Origin: Parcubacteria group bacterium LiPW_30
Lineage (GTDB): Bacteria; Patescibacteriota; Minisyncoccia; Phycocordibacterales; VMEP01
Reading direction: 5' to 3'
Assembly: GCA_007375595.1 (NCBI GenBank)
Contig: VMEP01000001.1
Location: forward strand, 10,061 to 74,060
DNA length: 64,000 nucleotides
Below, in pieces: positions 19,780 to 30,308 of the stretch (within the stretch, counting starts at the first letter, position 1; each line of letters opens with the position of its first letter). Both the position numbers and the translations under genes were made by a program. Below the pieces are notes generated by a model. It ran no database searches. It was not told where the DNA came from and saw nothing but the letters and a program-made list of their open reading frames with translations.

Positions 19780-20919
19780 ATGTTGAGTCTCTATAGAATA
19801 TATTTAAACAAGATACTTAATAAACTTTTTGGAGTTGTGCAGTTCCCCGCAAAAAGAAAGAAAAAAGGTGATATTTTAATATCTTATATTACGGAGCCGT
19901 TCACAAAAAAACTGGAGTCTTTCTCAAACCTACACACAAACTATTGGGAATGTTATGAAATTGCAAGACTTTTCTCTGTGCGTGGTTACACCGTAGATAT
20001 AATTAACTGGGATAACCATAAATTTATCCCCAAAAAAAATTATAAAATATGTATTGACACTCAAAATAACCTTGAACATCTATCTAAATTCTTACCAAAA
20101 AGTTGTATTAAAGTTATGCACGTCGTGACTTCTCATGGTGATTTCCAAAACAATGCCGAATTAAAAAGATTGGAAGAATTAAAAAAAAGAAGAAAAATAG
20201 TGCTATCACCCCAGCGCCAGATGCTAACGACAAAAAATCTTAAGTACGTAGATTTTCTTGAGGGATTTGGGAACAAATCCGTGCATAAAACTTATAACCT
20301 TTTAGATAAACAGATATTCCCTATCCCAATCTCTGCTGTAAAACTTTTTAATTTTCCAGAAAATAAAGATTTTAAATCTGCCCGTACTAAATTTTTATGG
20401 CTTGGTGGAGGCGGGGCAATTCTTAAGGGATTAGACCTAGTACTTGAAGTCTTTGCCAAAAACCCAAGCTTGGAACTCCATATCTGTGGGCCAATAGTCG
20501 CAGAAAAAGATTTTGCCTTAGCTTATAAAAAAGAACTTTATGAAACTCCAAATATACACTTTTATGGCAGAATTGATGTTACTTCTGATTTATTTGGCGA
20601 GATAAGCAATAAGTGTGGAGCACTTATTTACCCTGCTTTTTCAGAAGGAACCTCTGGGGCTATTGTTCAAGCAATGCACGCTGGAATTATTCCAATAATT
20701 ACACCGCAGTGTGGAGTCTATGAAGACGCCAATGCAATAATTATCCAAGATCCAAGTATCAATTCAATAAATGAGTCAGTAAACTCATTTTCAAAACTAG
20801 ACCCAGAAACCGTTAAAAACATGGCACGAAATATTTGGGCTTATGCGCAAAAACATTATACGCGCGAATCCTTTAGCGCTACATATTCGAAATTTATTGA
20901 TACCATTCTTAAGATATGA
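19780..20919 (+). CDS. Glycosyltransferase (GT4/GT1-like). The start is moved to the internal ATG to remove overlap with the upstream gene.
   Basis: LWLGGGGAILKGLDLVLEVFAK...GEISNKCGALIYPAFSEGTSGAIVQAMHAGIIPII, a retaining-GT C-terminal domain pattern. ATG at 19780 (MLSLYRIYLNK). Confidence 0.6.
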   Translation: MLSLYRIYLNKILNKLFGVVQFPAKRKKKGDILISYITEPFTKKLESFSNLHTNYWECYEIARLFSVRGYTVDIINWDNHKFIPKKNYKICIDTQNNLEHLSKFLPKSCIKVMHVVTSHGDFQNNAELKRLEELKKRRKIVLSPQRQMLTTKNLKYVDFLEGFGNKSVHKTYNLLDKQIFPIPISAVKLFNFPENKDFKSARTKFLWLGGGGAILKGLDLVLEVFAKNPSLELHICGPIVAEKDFALAYKKELYETPNIHFYGRIDVTSDLFGEISNKCGALIYPAFSEGTSGAIVQAMHAGIIPIITPQCGVYEDANAIIIQDPSINSINESVNSFSKLDPETVKNMARNIWAYAQKHYTRESFSATYSKFIDTILKI

Positions 20920-21710
20920 ACCAATTAATAAGTGTTATTATTCCGGCACACAATAACGCAACCACCCTAGAGGAAGCCGTTAATTCCATAATAAATCAGA
21001 CTTATAAAAATTTGGAGATATTAATTATCAATGACAACAGTACAGATAACACAGAAGCCATTGCTAAATCACTAGAAAAAAGAGACGAACGTATTAAATA
21101 TTTTAAGCTCGAAAAAAATGACACCGAACGGGTTGATAATTTACTTAATAGAAACATAAACGCCGGTTATTCTGCTAGGAATTTTGGTTTTACTAAATCA
21201 AGTGGCGAATTAATAACGTTTCAGGACGGCGATGATGCTTCTCTTTTAAACCGTATCGAAATACAATACGACCTTTTGTTAAAAAACAACGCAACACACA
21301 TAACAACAGATTGGATTCCTTTCTCAGAAGAACTCTTAAACACCTGTGGCGATATTAAAACTACCACACCATTACTAAACCCAAATCAAATATATGAAAT
21401 TTCTCAACACAACAAAGGTATAATTGCAAAAATTTCTCCAACCATTAATTCGCTGGTGCCTTTTAAATACAAACGTTTACGTGTAATAAATAAATTATTT
21501 TTTGGGGGCCTTGATCCTTATCCCGGTGCCGGCAATAGCCCTCTGTTTAAAAAAGAAGTTATCAAAAAAGTCCAATTTAGAAATCTAAAAAATAGAATCT
21601 GGCCATCGTTTATGGGTCGTGGTGCCGATCGGGATTTTAATTTCCAGGTCGCCGAAACTTTCAAAAATAGTTATTTTTTTTCAATACCGCTATACCTTTG
21701 GAGAAAATGA
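20916..21710 (+). CDS. Glycosyltransferase family 2.
   Basis: ISVIIPAHNNATTLEEAVNSIINQTYKNLEILIINDNSTDNT...FQDGDD; 4-nt overlap with the upstream gene. Confidence 0.75.
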   Translation: MNQLISVIIPAHNNATTLEEAVNSIINQTYKNLEILIINDNSTDNTEAIAKSLEKRDERIKYFKLEKNDTERVDNLLNRNINAGYSARNFGFTKSSGELITFQDGDDASLLNRIEIQYDLLLKNNATHITTDWIPFSEELLNTCGDIKTTTPLLNPNQIYEISQHNKGIIAKISPTINSLVPFKYKRLRVINKLFFGGLDPYPGAGNSPLFKKEVIKKVQFRNLKNRIWPSFMGRGADRDFNFQVAETFKNSYFFSIPLYLWRK

Positions 21711-21718
21711 TTTTTCTC

Positions 21719-22459
21719 TTACCTCCTCTTAATTACACTGACCCCTTTATGTTTAACAACCTCAACGGCGCACTCGTTAGCAAACTTAATAGATTCTTCT
21801 ATATCCCCCGTTTCAGCGTATTTAACGATTAAGGCTGCAAAAAAACTATCCCCCGCGCCGGAAACATCCTTAACTTCAACCGTTTCTACGGGGTATATTT
21901 TACCGTTAAAAATAGCACCCTGCCCGCCTTTTGTATGAATTATTTTACTCTTTAGTGTCTCTGTTATGTATGGCTCTGAATGTTCATATTCATAATTATT
22001 TATTTTAATGAACCTTGCTTTTTCTATCCAATCACCAAGTATTTTTTTGGTATCAATAAAAACATTGTCGTGATTATCGGTGATATAAACTATATCCTCT
22101 TTAGTTAAAAATCCTTTGTTATAATCAGAAATTGCAATAATATCGTATTTCGAAAATGGAATATCTTTTACTTTTACCCTAGGAATATTATGATCCGTAT
22201 CAACACGAATAAACATATGATTCGTATCATTATGTATATATCTTGTTTTTGTGACCTCTTCCCATCTATCGTTTGTATGCAACTCAACATTAGAAAAAAG
22301 TTCTTTGATGTTGCGTAAAACATTTGCTGCCATACCAGGATTTTCCTTTTGCTCAACAACACCAAGTACTGGAATTGGCATGTCTGGGGCCAGGCGGTCA
22401 GCCTTACAATACACAAAAACATCTCTACAGCTCTCTCCTATTACCAGAATTTTTTTCAT
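21719..22459 (-). CDS. PfkB-family sugar kinase (RfaE domain I / heptose-7-phosphate kinase-like).
   Basis: MKKILVIGESCRDVFVY...SGAGDSFFAALIVKYAETGD...ANECAVEVVKHKGVSVI. Confidence 0.7.
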   Translation of the reverse strand: MKKILVIGESCRDVFVYCKADRLAPDMPIPVLGVVEQKENPGMAANVLRNIKELFSNVELHTNDRWEEVTKTRYIHNDTNHMFIRVDTDHNIPRVKVKDIPFSKYDIIAISDYNKGFLTKEDIVYITDNHDNVFIDTKKILGDWIEKARFIKINNYEYEHSEPYITETLKSKIIHTKGGQGAIFNGKIYPVETVEVKDVSGAGDSFFAALIVKYAETGDIEESIKFANECAVEVVKHKGVSVIKRR

Positions 22460-23496
22460 AAAATAGTTAACCCTGGAGCTAAGTGAAGTTCTTCAAAACT
22501 CAACTTTTTATCGATCTTAGGCTTATTAAACTGCTTCAGTATTAGGTTTGCTATATCTACCTTTGTGGGATAATAAAATTCAGTTAAAGCTGTTGATGTA
22601 GGGCAAGGAACATTTGGACAAGAAATAGAAGTTGGTCTCTCTTTTAAATCTATCGAACTATTCTGCACCACCTTAGATATTATTTCTGAACCAATATTAA
22701 ATGCTTCGTGCGTCGTATCAACACACATCAATCTGCCAGTTTTTTTAACGGAGTTAAAAATCGTTTCGTAATCAATTGGATTAATACTAACTAAATCAAT
22801 CAACTCAACACTTACGTCATTATTTAAAAAATCCAAAGCTTCCAATGAAGCTATGAACCCATCTCCATAGGCGACCACAGTTATATCCTTTCCCTCTTTA
22901 AATACTTTGGCCTTGTCTAATGACTCTTCGTAAACCTCAGCCGGGACTTCTTGTTTAGTATTATATAGCCACCTTGATTCCAAAAAAATAACGGGGTTTT
23001 TATCTTTAACAGCAGATATTAGTAATCCTTTTGCCATTTTTGGTGTTGATGGTATTACAACCTTAAGGCCCATTGCACCACCAAATAACGCATAAGGCGA
23101 TTGGGTGTGTTGCGGGCCATTACCCCATTGCCTACCAACAGCAATTCGCAAAACAATCGGGACTCCATTGTCCCCACCAAACATGTAATTCCACTTAGCG
23201 GCCTGCGTAAATATTTGATCGGCAGCAAAATAAGCGAATTCAACCCTTCCGTGATGCACTATGGGCTTTAGTCCATTTATAGCTGCTCCGACAGACATAC
23301 CCGTAAAAGAAGCTTCTGACACGGGAACGTCAAAAACTCTATTTTCATATTTAAGCTTTAGTCCTGAAGTGGTTCCATCAGCGCCATTTTTATAAGCCAC
23401 CCCAAGACCAATAACAAAAACACTAGGATCAATTTCCATTATCTGGTCTGTTGCTTCTTTTATTGCTTCTGTGTATTTAATTATTCTAGGAGGCAT
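22456..23496 (-). CDS. Thiamine-diphosphate enzyme, E1 beta-like (transketolase-like pyrimidine-binding + C-terminal domains).
   Basis: MPPRIIKYTEAIKEATDQIMEIDPSVFVIGLGV...VPVSEASFTGMSVGAAINGLKPIV...PIVLRIAVG. Start taken at the internal ATG at 23496; overlaps the E1 alpha gene by 11 nt. Confidence 0.75.
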   Translation of the reverse strand: MPPRIIKYTEAIKEATDQIMEIDPSVFVIGLGVAYKNGADGTTSGLKLKYENRVFDVPVSEASFTGMSVGAAINGLKPIVHHGRVEFAYFAADQIFTQAAKWNYMFGGDNGVPIVLRIAVGRQWGNGPQHTQSPYALFGGAMGLKVVIPSTPKMAKGLLISAVKDKNPVIFLESRWLYNTKQEVPAEVYEESLDKAKVFKEGKDITVVAYGDGFIASLEALDFLNNDVSVELIDLVSINPIDYETIFNSVKKTGRLMCVDTTHEAFNIGSEIISKVVQNSSIDLKERPTSISCPNVPCPTSTALTEFYYPTKVDIANLILKQFNKPKIDKKLSFEELHLAPGLTIL

Positions 23497-24439
23497 ATAA
23501 ATCAGTATATAAACTTTCTTTTGGCGGATAATTTGAATCGACTGCAAATTTAATACTATCTAAAACAATCTTCTTTGTATCCTCTTCAATTATAACTAAC
23601 TCTTCCTCCTTAATACCGCTGTCTAAAAGAGATTGTTTTACCTTCTTTATAGGGTCCTTTTCCTGTCTTTTTTCTAAAATATCTTCCTCTCTGTATCCCT
23701 CATCAAAAATCGGAGCGCTGTGTGCCATGTGTCTATAAGCAATACACTCCAAAACAGCTGGTTTACCAGTTCGAACTGTTTCTATTATTTTTTTCGTCTT
23801 ATTAAAAACATCTTCATAGTCATTTCCATCAGCCTTAACGTAACTGACACCAAAACCAGAAACAATTTTTTCAATATCATATTCTGGCGATCTTCTGTCG
23901 CTTAATTTTGAATTAACGGCGAATAGATTATTTTCAACCACCAACATAAGTGGCAGTTTAAAAAGATTAGCAAGGTTGAGTGTTTCATAAACAATCCCTT
24001 CTTCAAAAGCCCCGTCCCCAAAAAAAGCAACTGTTATCCCATCTTTCTTATTATATTTTTGCTCAAAAGCAGAGCCACAAGACAACGGGACAACGCTTCC
24101 AAGAATTGGAGTTGTTCCAATAAAGTTAACTGACTTATCAATCATATGCATAGAACCACCCTTACCACGAGCAAGTCCATTCTCCTTTCCCAGAAGCTCC
24201 GAAACCATTTTATTCAAGTCACCACCTTTCGCCAAATAGTGACCGTGTGACCTATGATTACCCATAACCTTATCTTCTTTACCCAATGCGTCACAAACAC
24301 CAACAGCAACAGCCTCTTGTCCAACATAAAAATGAACGAAGCTCATAATCTTGTTTTGTAAATAATGATCAGCAATCTCTTGCTCAGCGATTCTAATGAG
24401 AATCATTTTTTTATACGCTTGTAAAAAATTAATTTCCAT
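23486..24439 (-). CDS. Thiamine-diphosphate enzyme, E1 alpha-like subunit.
   Basis: FVHFYVGQEAVAVGVCDAL...GNHRSHGHYLAKGGD...GSMHM...GIVYETLNLANLFKLPLMLVVENNLFAVNS. Confidence 0.75.
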   Translation of the reverse strand: MEINFLQAYKKMILIRIAEQEIADHYLQNKIMSFVHFYVGQEAVAVGVCDALGKEDKVMGNHRSHGHYLAKGGDLNKMVSELLGKENGLARGKGGSMHMIDKSVNFIGTTPILGSVVPLSCGSAFEQKYNKKDGITVAFFGDGAFEEGIVYETLNLANLFKLPLMLVVENNLFAVNSKLSDRRSPEYDIEKIVSGFGVSYVKADGNDYEDVFNKTKKIIETVRTGKPAVLECIAYRHMAHSAPIFDEGYREEDILEKRQEKDPIKKVKQSLLDSGIKEEELVIIEEDTKKIVLDSIKFAVDSNYPPKESLYTDLYAS

Positions 24440-24444
24440 AAAAT

Positions 24445-25479
24445 TTACATTTCTATCAAGATGCGTCCGGCCTGTCCTTTTCTAATGAGACCTATTGCTT
24501 CGTTTATTTGGTCTAATTTCATCCTATGGGTAATAATTCCATCAATATTTAAAACTCCAGCTTTGTGTAATTTTATATATTTCGGAATATCTCTGCTTGG
24601 AGAAAACTTTCCACCCTGTGTTGCTTTTATTGTTTTTCCTTCTCCTCCAAAAAGGTGGTGGGCGTTAATAATACCAACAGTCTCGCCTGGTTTTGGTTGA
24701 CCAACCAGTATAAACCTACCAACACCGGAAAGAAGCGGTAATGTCTCTTCTATTGCCTGCTTATTTCCGGACGTTTCTATTATCACATCGACGTCTTTTA
24801 TTCCAAATTTTTTAATTATTTCTTCTTTTGTGTCACTGTTTTGTGTGTTAATAAATAGATCCGCCCCCATTGATTCACATACCTCTTTCTTGTTTTCATG
24901 TACATCTAAAACAATAATTGGGAAAGCACTAGCTAATCTTGCAGCTTTTATTAAGTTAACACCAAGGCCACCAGCTCCAACAATCATTACACTTTCTCCA
25001 AACTTCACGTTCGCTTCTTCGTTTATAGTCCCAAGGGCAGTAGATAAACCACAACCAAGAAGTGACGCTAGGTCGTCGGGAGTATCAGCCGGGACGGGTG
25101 TAATTCTGTTTTCCGAAGCTATTGTGTACTCGCTTAGTGTTGTGATTTTCCCGCTTTTCATTATTTTCCCGTTATACAGATATGAAGGAAAATCAGCTTC
25201 TACTCCGTCACCCTTACGCCAGTGCATAACTACTTTATCGCCAACTTTTACCTTAGTAACCCCAGGACCAATGCTTTCAACAATTCCACACCCCTCATGC
25301 CCAAGTAGGTGTGGAACAAAATTGGCGTTATTTTTATTGCCCGCAATTTCCTGTAATTGTGAGCCACAAATACCGCTAACAATAACCTTTACTAAAACCT
25401 GGCCAAAAGTTAAGTCTGTTAATTCAACCTCGCCAACAACAACATCCCCATCTATTTTTTCTAGTATCACAGCTTTCAT
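24445..25479 (-). CDS. Zinc-dependent medium-chain alcohol/sugar dehydrogenase.
   Basis: VSGICGSQL...GHEGCGIVESIGPGVTKVKVGDKVV...VMIVGAGGLGVNLIKAARL. Confidence 0.8.
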   Translation of the reverse strand: MKAVILEKIDGDVVVGEVELTDLTFGQVLVKVIVSGICGSQLQEIAGNKNNANFVPHLLGHEGCGIVESIGPGVTKVKVGDKVVMHWRKGDGVEADFPSYLYNGKIMKSGKITTLSEYTIASENRITPVPADTPDDLASLLGCGLSTALGTINEEANVKFGESVMIVGAGGLGVNLIKAARLASAFPIIVLDVHENKKEVCESMGADLFINTQNSDTKEEIIKKFGIKDVDVIIETSGNKQAIEETLPLLSGVGRFILVGQPKPGETVGIINAHHLFGGEGKTIKATQGGKFSPSRDIPKYIKLHKAGVLNIDGIITHRMKLDQINEAIGLIRKGQAGRILIEM

Positions 25480-25532
25480 TTTTTCACTTTATCACATTAG
25501 TACATTAACGCAAAAATTTACTATAATGAATC

Positions 25533-26861
25533 GTGTTTCTGAACAAAAAAACCGTAAAAACAATGATTTCCAACACTAAACTTAGGACAAAAAATACGTC
25601 GAGTATCCTTATATATCATCACCTTGGATTAGGCGACCACATAATGTGTCACGGTATAGTCCGAGAATACTGTAAAAAATACAATAGAGTCACTATATTT
25701 TCGCGACCAAATAATTACCCATCGGTGTCTTTTATGTTTAGGGATCTAGAGAATCTTACAATCATTAAAGGAAATGATGATTTTGCAGTTAAATTTATAT
25801 CAAAAAATTCCTCCGCGGTTGGCGCAGAAAAATACGATGAAATAAAAATTATAGGATTTCAGAATCTAAACAGAAGTAGTGGGGTTCCACTTGAAAAACA
25901 ATTCTACGATACTGCCGGACTAAGTATCTCAAAAAAATGGGACAGCTTTTATGTTGAAAGGGGTTTCGAAAAAGAAAAGAGTGTATTTAGTAAATACGCA
26001 CCAAAAGAAGATTATGTTTTTGTGCATGAAGACACCAGTAGAAAATACATAATCAAAAGAAAATATATTAATAAAAATTATAAGATATTTTTACCTGATA
26101 ATAAAATAGCAGAAAATATTTTTGATTACTGCACTATAATTGAAAAAGCAAAAGAGATACACGTTATTGATTCTTCCTTTATGTTTCTGGTCGATTGCCT
26201 AAACTATAATAATCCAAATCAAAAACTTTATATCCATCGATATTCAAGAGAAAACAATGAGTGGCAGCTACCAATTCTTAAAAAAAACTGGTATATCATA
26301 ACACCAGAAAGTACAATCCTTGACCCAATAAAAAGAATATTGGAATCTCTTTATCATTCAAAAATAATATTTTTTAATAATTCTATATATCGAAGAGTTA
26401 TCCGTAAATTTTTTAGGGATATGGGATGGATAATGGGAAGACCACAAAAACCAGACTTAGTAGCCCTAATAAGGCGACATGTTCCGGAAAAATCGTTTTC
26501 AGAAGTTAGTCACCAAAAAAACGGAGGTGGGCAAAACTTACTAATCGCAAAAGAAGCTGGTGCAACAAAAACCATGATGGTAAAAATTGACGCGCTAAAC
26601 AACGCAGAGCCGTCAGATATAGTATTTTATCATGAGATCATTAAAGAAAACTCGATTTCCATAGAACTTCTTGAGAAGATACGTCAGGTAACAAAAGAGT
26701 TGCTAATAATCAATGTCCCAACTGTATTAGGATATTCAAACAAAAAAAATAATCGCCTTACCCCAAAAGAAGTTGAGTCTATGTTGGTGCAAAAAGGATT
26801 CGTAATCAAAGAAAAGCACATCTTCCCCCTTGAAACGTGCTTTGTATGTAAAACATCATGA
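25533..26861 (+). CDS. Hypothetical protein; the N-terminal region is weakly GT9 (heptosyltransferase)-like and the C-terminal domain is unknown.
   Basis: ILIYHHLGLGDHIMCHGIVREY and EIHVIDSSFMFLVDCLN recall GT9 motifs, but the similarity is weak. Confidence 0.35.
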   Translation: MFLNKKTVKTMISNTKLRTKNTSSILIYHHLGLGDHIMCHGIVREYCKKYNRVTIFSRPNNYPSVSFMFRDLENLTIIKGNDDFAVKFISKNSSAVGAEKYDEIKIIGFQNLNRSSGVPLEKQFYDTAGLSISKKWDSFYVERGFEKEKSVFSKYAPKEDYVFVHEDTSRKYIIKRKYINKNYKIFLPDNKIAENIFDYCTIIEKAKEIHVIDSSFMFLVDCLNYNNPNQKLYIHRYSRENNEWQLPILKKNWYIITPESTILDPIKRILESLYHSKIIFFNNSIYRRVIRKFFRDMGWIMGRPQKPDLVALIRRHVPEKSFSEVSHQKNGGGQNLLIAKEAGATKTMMVKIDALNNAEPSDIVFYHEIIKENSISIELLEKIRQVTKELLIINVPTVLGYSNKKNNRLTPKEVESMLVQKGFVIKEKHIFPLETCFVCKTS

Positions 26862-27772
26862 AATTTTCAATTGTAACCCCTGTATACAACGGCGAAAAAT
26901 ATATTGCCCAAACGATAGAAAGTGTACTTTCGCAGGAAGGCAATTTTGAAATTGAATACATAATACAAGATGGAGGCTCTACGGATAACACACTTTTCAT
27001 TATCAAAAAATACGAGGAGATGATTAAAAAAAATACATTTCCAATTAAGTGTCATTCTGTTGAACTTAAGTATTGCTCCGAAAAAGACTCTGGAATGTAC
27101 GATGCAATCAACAAAGGGTTTGGTAAGGCTACTGGTGAAATTTTTGCATATATAAATAGTGATGATTTATATCTTCCAGGGGCTTTCTATTCTGTGGTAA
27201 AAATTTTAAATTATTACCCGGAAATAGACTGGTTAAAGGGTATAAATAGTACAATTAAGGAAGGTAGTAATGAAGTAACAAAAGGGGAATGTTTTATCTA
27301 TAGAAGAAAATGGCTAAGGTCTGGAATCTATGGACGTAGTGCGTATTTTATACAACAAGATAGTGTGTTTTGGAAAAAATCTTTATGGAACAAAAGAAAA
27401 ATAAATATTGATTCCTTCCGTCTTGCTGGTGATTATGCTCTCTGGGTAGAATTTGCTAAACACACACCTTTGTTTTCATTTAATAAGCAAGTTAGTATTT
27501 TTAGGAAACACTATGGCCAATTGAGTGAATCTATGGATGAATACAGGAAAGAACAAGAAAAAATAGCCCCTCATTTATATTTATTAGAAAAAAAAGTAGT
27601 TTTATTTTTCTCCTTAATAAGATTATTTAAAATACCAGCAAACAACATTTCGTCAAAAATTCTATTTTTTTGCATGTTCCCTTTATACAAAAAAGAATGG
27701 TATATTGATTTCGACAAAGAAGATAAGCCAGTAAAAAAACTAGCGGAAACTTTTACTGTTACAGAAGAATAA
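26858..27772 (+). CDS. Glycosyltransferase family 2.
   Basis: MKFSIVTPVYNGEKYIAQTIESVLSQ...IIQDGGSTDNT...YINSDD. Confidence 0.75.
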   Translation: MKFSIVTPVYNGEKYIAQTIESVLSQEGNFEIEYIIQDGGSTDNTLFIIKKYEEMIKKNTFPIKCHSVELKYCSEKDSGMYDAINKGFGKATGEIFAYINSDDLYLPGAFYSVVKILNYYPEIDWLKGINSTIKEGSNEVTKGECFIYRRKWLRSGIYGRSAYFIQQDSVFWKKSLWNKRKINIDSFRLAGDYALWVEFAKHTPLFSFNKQVSIFRKHYGQLSESMDEYRKEQEKIAPHLYLLEKKVVLFFSLIRLFKIPANNISSKILFFCMFPLYKKEWYIDFDKEDKPVKKLAETFTVTEE

Positions 27773-27781
27773 AAAGCGTTT

Positions 27782-28735
27782 ATGTTAAATATATTTAAAA
27801 AAACACCAAAAAACACCAACAATAAAAAAAACGTTGTGGTGGTTGGGGGCGCCGGTTTTATTGGATCGCATCTTTCTTTGGGCTTAATAAAAGATGGTTT
27901 TAATGTTCATGTTATTGATAACCTTGTAAGTGGTAAAAAAGAAAATATTCCAAAAGAAGCAATATTTCATTTATGCGATATCCGCCACCTAAAAGACTTA
28001 CGCAAAACATTCAAAAAAATAGGGTCCGTAGAATGTGTTTTTCATCTAGCGGCAATACCGGAAATAGAGTTGTCTAAAGAAAACCCGTTTAAAACAAACG
28101 AGACTAACGTAACTGGAACTGAATATGTTCTAGGTGTGAGTTACGAAGCTAAGGTAAAAAAAGTAATTTTTTCATCATCCTGTGCGGTTTATGGGAATCA
28201 AGGTAACTTACCAATAAAAGAAACTGCACCCCTTATGCCAATGAACCCATACGCTTTTCATAAACAAATTGGGGAACTTTATTGTATTTTATATAGCCAG
28301 TCTTGTTCACTTCCAACAGTATCTCTTCGATATTTTAATGTTTACGGACCAAATCAACCGTTTAAAAGTGCTTATTCTGGGGCAATAAGTATCTTTTTGA
28401 ACCAAGCAAAAAACAAGCAACCACTTACAATAACAGGAGATGGGTCCCAGACTCGTGATTTTATTAACGTGCAAGATGTCGTAAGGGCAAATATCGCAGC
28501 AATGAAAAGTAACCTTGTTGGAAAAGGAGAGGTAATAAATATTGGTAGTGGGAAAGAATACTCTATCAACGACATTGCTTCCATAATTGGTAGTGAAAAA
28601 AAACATGTACAGGAAAGAGATGAGGTGAAGAAGTCTAAGGCTGATATTACAAAAGCAAAAGAACTACTTAAGTGGGAACCAACAATCACAATCAATGATG
28701 GCCTCACTGAATTAAAAAAATTTAACTCTCTTTAA
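27782..28735 (+). CDS. NAD-dependent nucleotide-sugar epimerase/dehydratase (UDP-glucose 4-epimerase-like SDR).
   Basis: VVVVGGAGFIGSHLSLGLIKDGFNVHVIDNLVSG...YAFHK catalytic YxxxK. Confidence 0.8.
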   Translation: MLNIFKKTPKNTNNKKNVVVVGGAGFIGSHLSLGLIKDGFNVHVIDNLVSGKKENIPKEAIFHLCDIRHLKDLRKTFKKIGSVECVFHLAAIPEIELSKENPFKTNETNVTGTEYVLGVSYEAKVKKVIFSSSCAVYGNQGNLPIKETAPLMPMNPYAFHKQIGELYCILYSQSCSLPTVSLRYFNVYGPNQPFKSAYSGAISIFLNQAKNKQPLTITGDGSQTRDFINVQDVVRANIAAMKSNLVGKGEVINIGSGKEYSINDIASIIGSEKKHVQERDEVKKSKADITKAKELLKWEPTITINDGLTELKKFNSL

Positions 28736-28750
28736 ATTAGTCTTTAAACA

Positions 28751-29539
28751 ATGAAAATCGCTTGGAAAGTAAGAAATTTTTTAAAACAAATTCCAATATT
28801 TAAGTGGGCTTTTATATTTTTAAAAACAGTTAGAAGAAAACATAAAATATCATTAACAATTAAAGAATTTATAAGATTTTACCAAGAATGGATGGTGTAT
28901 AAAAAACTCCCTAAAAATTTTTCTTTTACCAACGAGACAAAAGACCTGTATCCACGCCTTTTTGATAATACCCAAGAGACAACAACTGATCCTGTCTATT
29001 TTTACCAAGATACATGGTGTGCTAAAAAAATATTCGAAAGTAAGCCACGTCATCATTACGACGTTGGTTCAAAAGCAGAAATGGTAGGAATAATTTCCCA
29101 ATTTACTCCAACAACAATGATTGATATCCGTCCATTAAAGGTAAAAATTTCTGGGCTATCTTTTCTTGAGGGAAGTATCCTTTCTCTTCCACTTAAGGAT
29201 GGTGAAGTTGATTCACTTAGTTCCATCTGTGTAATAGAACATATCGGTCTTGGTCGATACGGAGATCCACTTAATCAATTTGGGTCAGAAAAAGCTACTG
29301 CCGAGCTAAAACGAGTATTAGCAATAAACGGCAATTTATACATATCTGTCCCAGTAGACGACAAAAATAAGGTTTATTTCAATGCTCATAGGGCTTTCGC
29401 GCGTGATTATGTTTTGAAGTTATTTAAACCACTAAAATTAATAGAAGAAAAATATATTTATGGAAATAATTTAGTCGATGAGTACTCCCCCACCAGTAGC
29501 TTCGGGACTGGGTTGTATCACTTTAAAAAAAATGGATAA
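28751..29539 (+). CDS. Hypothetical protein, possibly a divergent SAM methyltransferase-fold protein (DUF268-like).
   Basis: SICVIEHIGLGRYGDPLNQFGSEKATAELKRVLAINGNLYISVPV resembles the MTase motif II/post-II region; weak. Confidence 0.35.
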   Translation: MKIAWKVRNFLKQIPIFKWAFIFLKTVRRKHKISLTIKEFIRFYQEWMVYKKLPKNFSFTNETKDLYPRLFDNTQETTTDPVYFYQDTWCAKKIFESKPRHHYDVGSKAEMVGIISQFTPTTMIDIRPLKVKISGLSFLEGSILSLPLKDGEVDSLSSICVIEHIGLGRYGDPLNQFGSEKATAELKRVLAINGNLYISVPVDDKNKVYFNAHRAFARDYVLKLFKPLKLIEEKYIYGNNLVDEYSPTSSFGTGLYHFKKNG

Positions 29540-30308
29540 CTTTATCCGAAAAATTAAAAATTACTTAGTTGAAAAGCTATTATTTTTTAATTTTTTTCAA
29601 AGAATAATAGGTAAGAGATGGTTTAAGAGATGGGAGAATAAATATATTTTAGCAGAAAAAGAACTCTCTTTATTACCCATAATGATGCCTAGTAATCCAG
29701 TAATCTTTGATATCGGGGCAAACAGAGGAGAGTTAGGTTATTTTTTTGCAAACATCTGTAAAGCGGATACTGTATATTCTTTTGAACCTCAAAACAGAAT
29801 GTTTGGAGTTCTTCTTGGTGTAGCAGAAAATACTAAAAACATTAAGCCTTTCAACATTGCTTTTTCTAACTCAAACGGAGAAAAAACGTTAAAAATACCA
29901 ATTCAATCGAACCACCAGTACACACAAGCCGCCTCCCTGGAAGAAACTTGTGTTGTTGACTACAAAAAAGAGATAGTAAAAATTAAAACACTCGATAGTT
30001 TTGTAAATGAAAACAAAATAGATAAACTAGATTTTATAAAATGCGACACAGAAGGTCATGAATTATTGGTATTTGAGGGAGCAAAAAAAACCATAACTTC
30101 TTTACGCCCCTTAATATACGTCGAAATAAAAGACACGAACTTAAAAAAAATGTTTGAATTATTTAAAGAAACGAATTATAAAGCTTATACTTATAACAAT
30201 TACACAAATAAAATAGTCCCTTTTACGGAAGAACCAAAAACAAAATCAGAAAATTATTATTTTGTCCCAATAGAAAAAGAGCAACAGTTCTTAGCTTCAA
30301 TAAGATGA
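29532..30308 (+). CDS. FkbM-family methyltransferase.
   Basis: VIFDIGANRGELGYFFA...YSFEPQNRMF...FIKCDTEGHELLVFEGA. The internal ATG at 29532 is chosen; it overlaps the upstream stop by 8 nt. Confidence 0.7.
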   Translation: MDNFIRKIKNYLVEKLLFFNFFQRIIGKRWFKRWENKYILAEKELSLLPIMMPSNPVIFDIGANRGELGYFFANICKADTVYSFEPQNRMFGVLLGVAENTKNIKPFNIAFSNSNGEKTLKIPIQSNHQYTQAASLEETCVVDYKKEIVKIKTLDSFVNENKIDKLDFIKCDTEGHELLVFEGAKKTITSLRPLIYVEIKDTNLKKMFELFKETNYKAYTYNNYTNKIVPFTEEPKTKSENYYFVPIEKEQQFLASIR

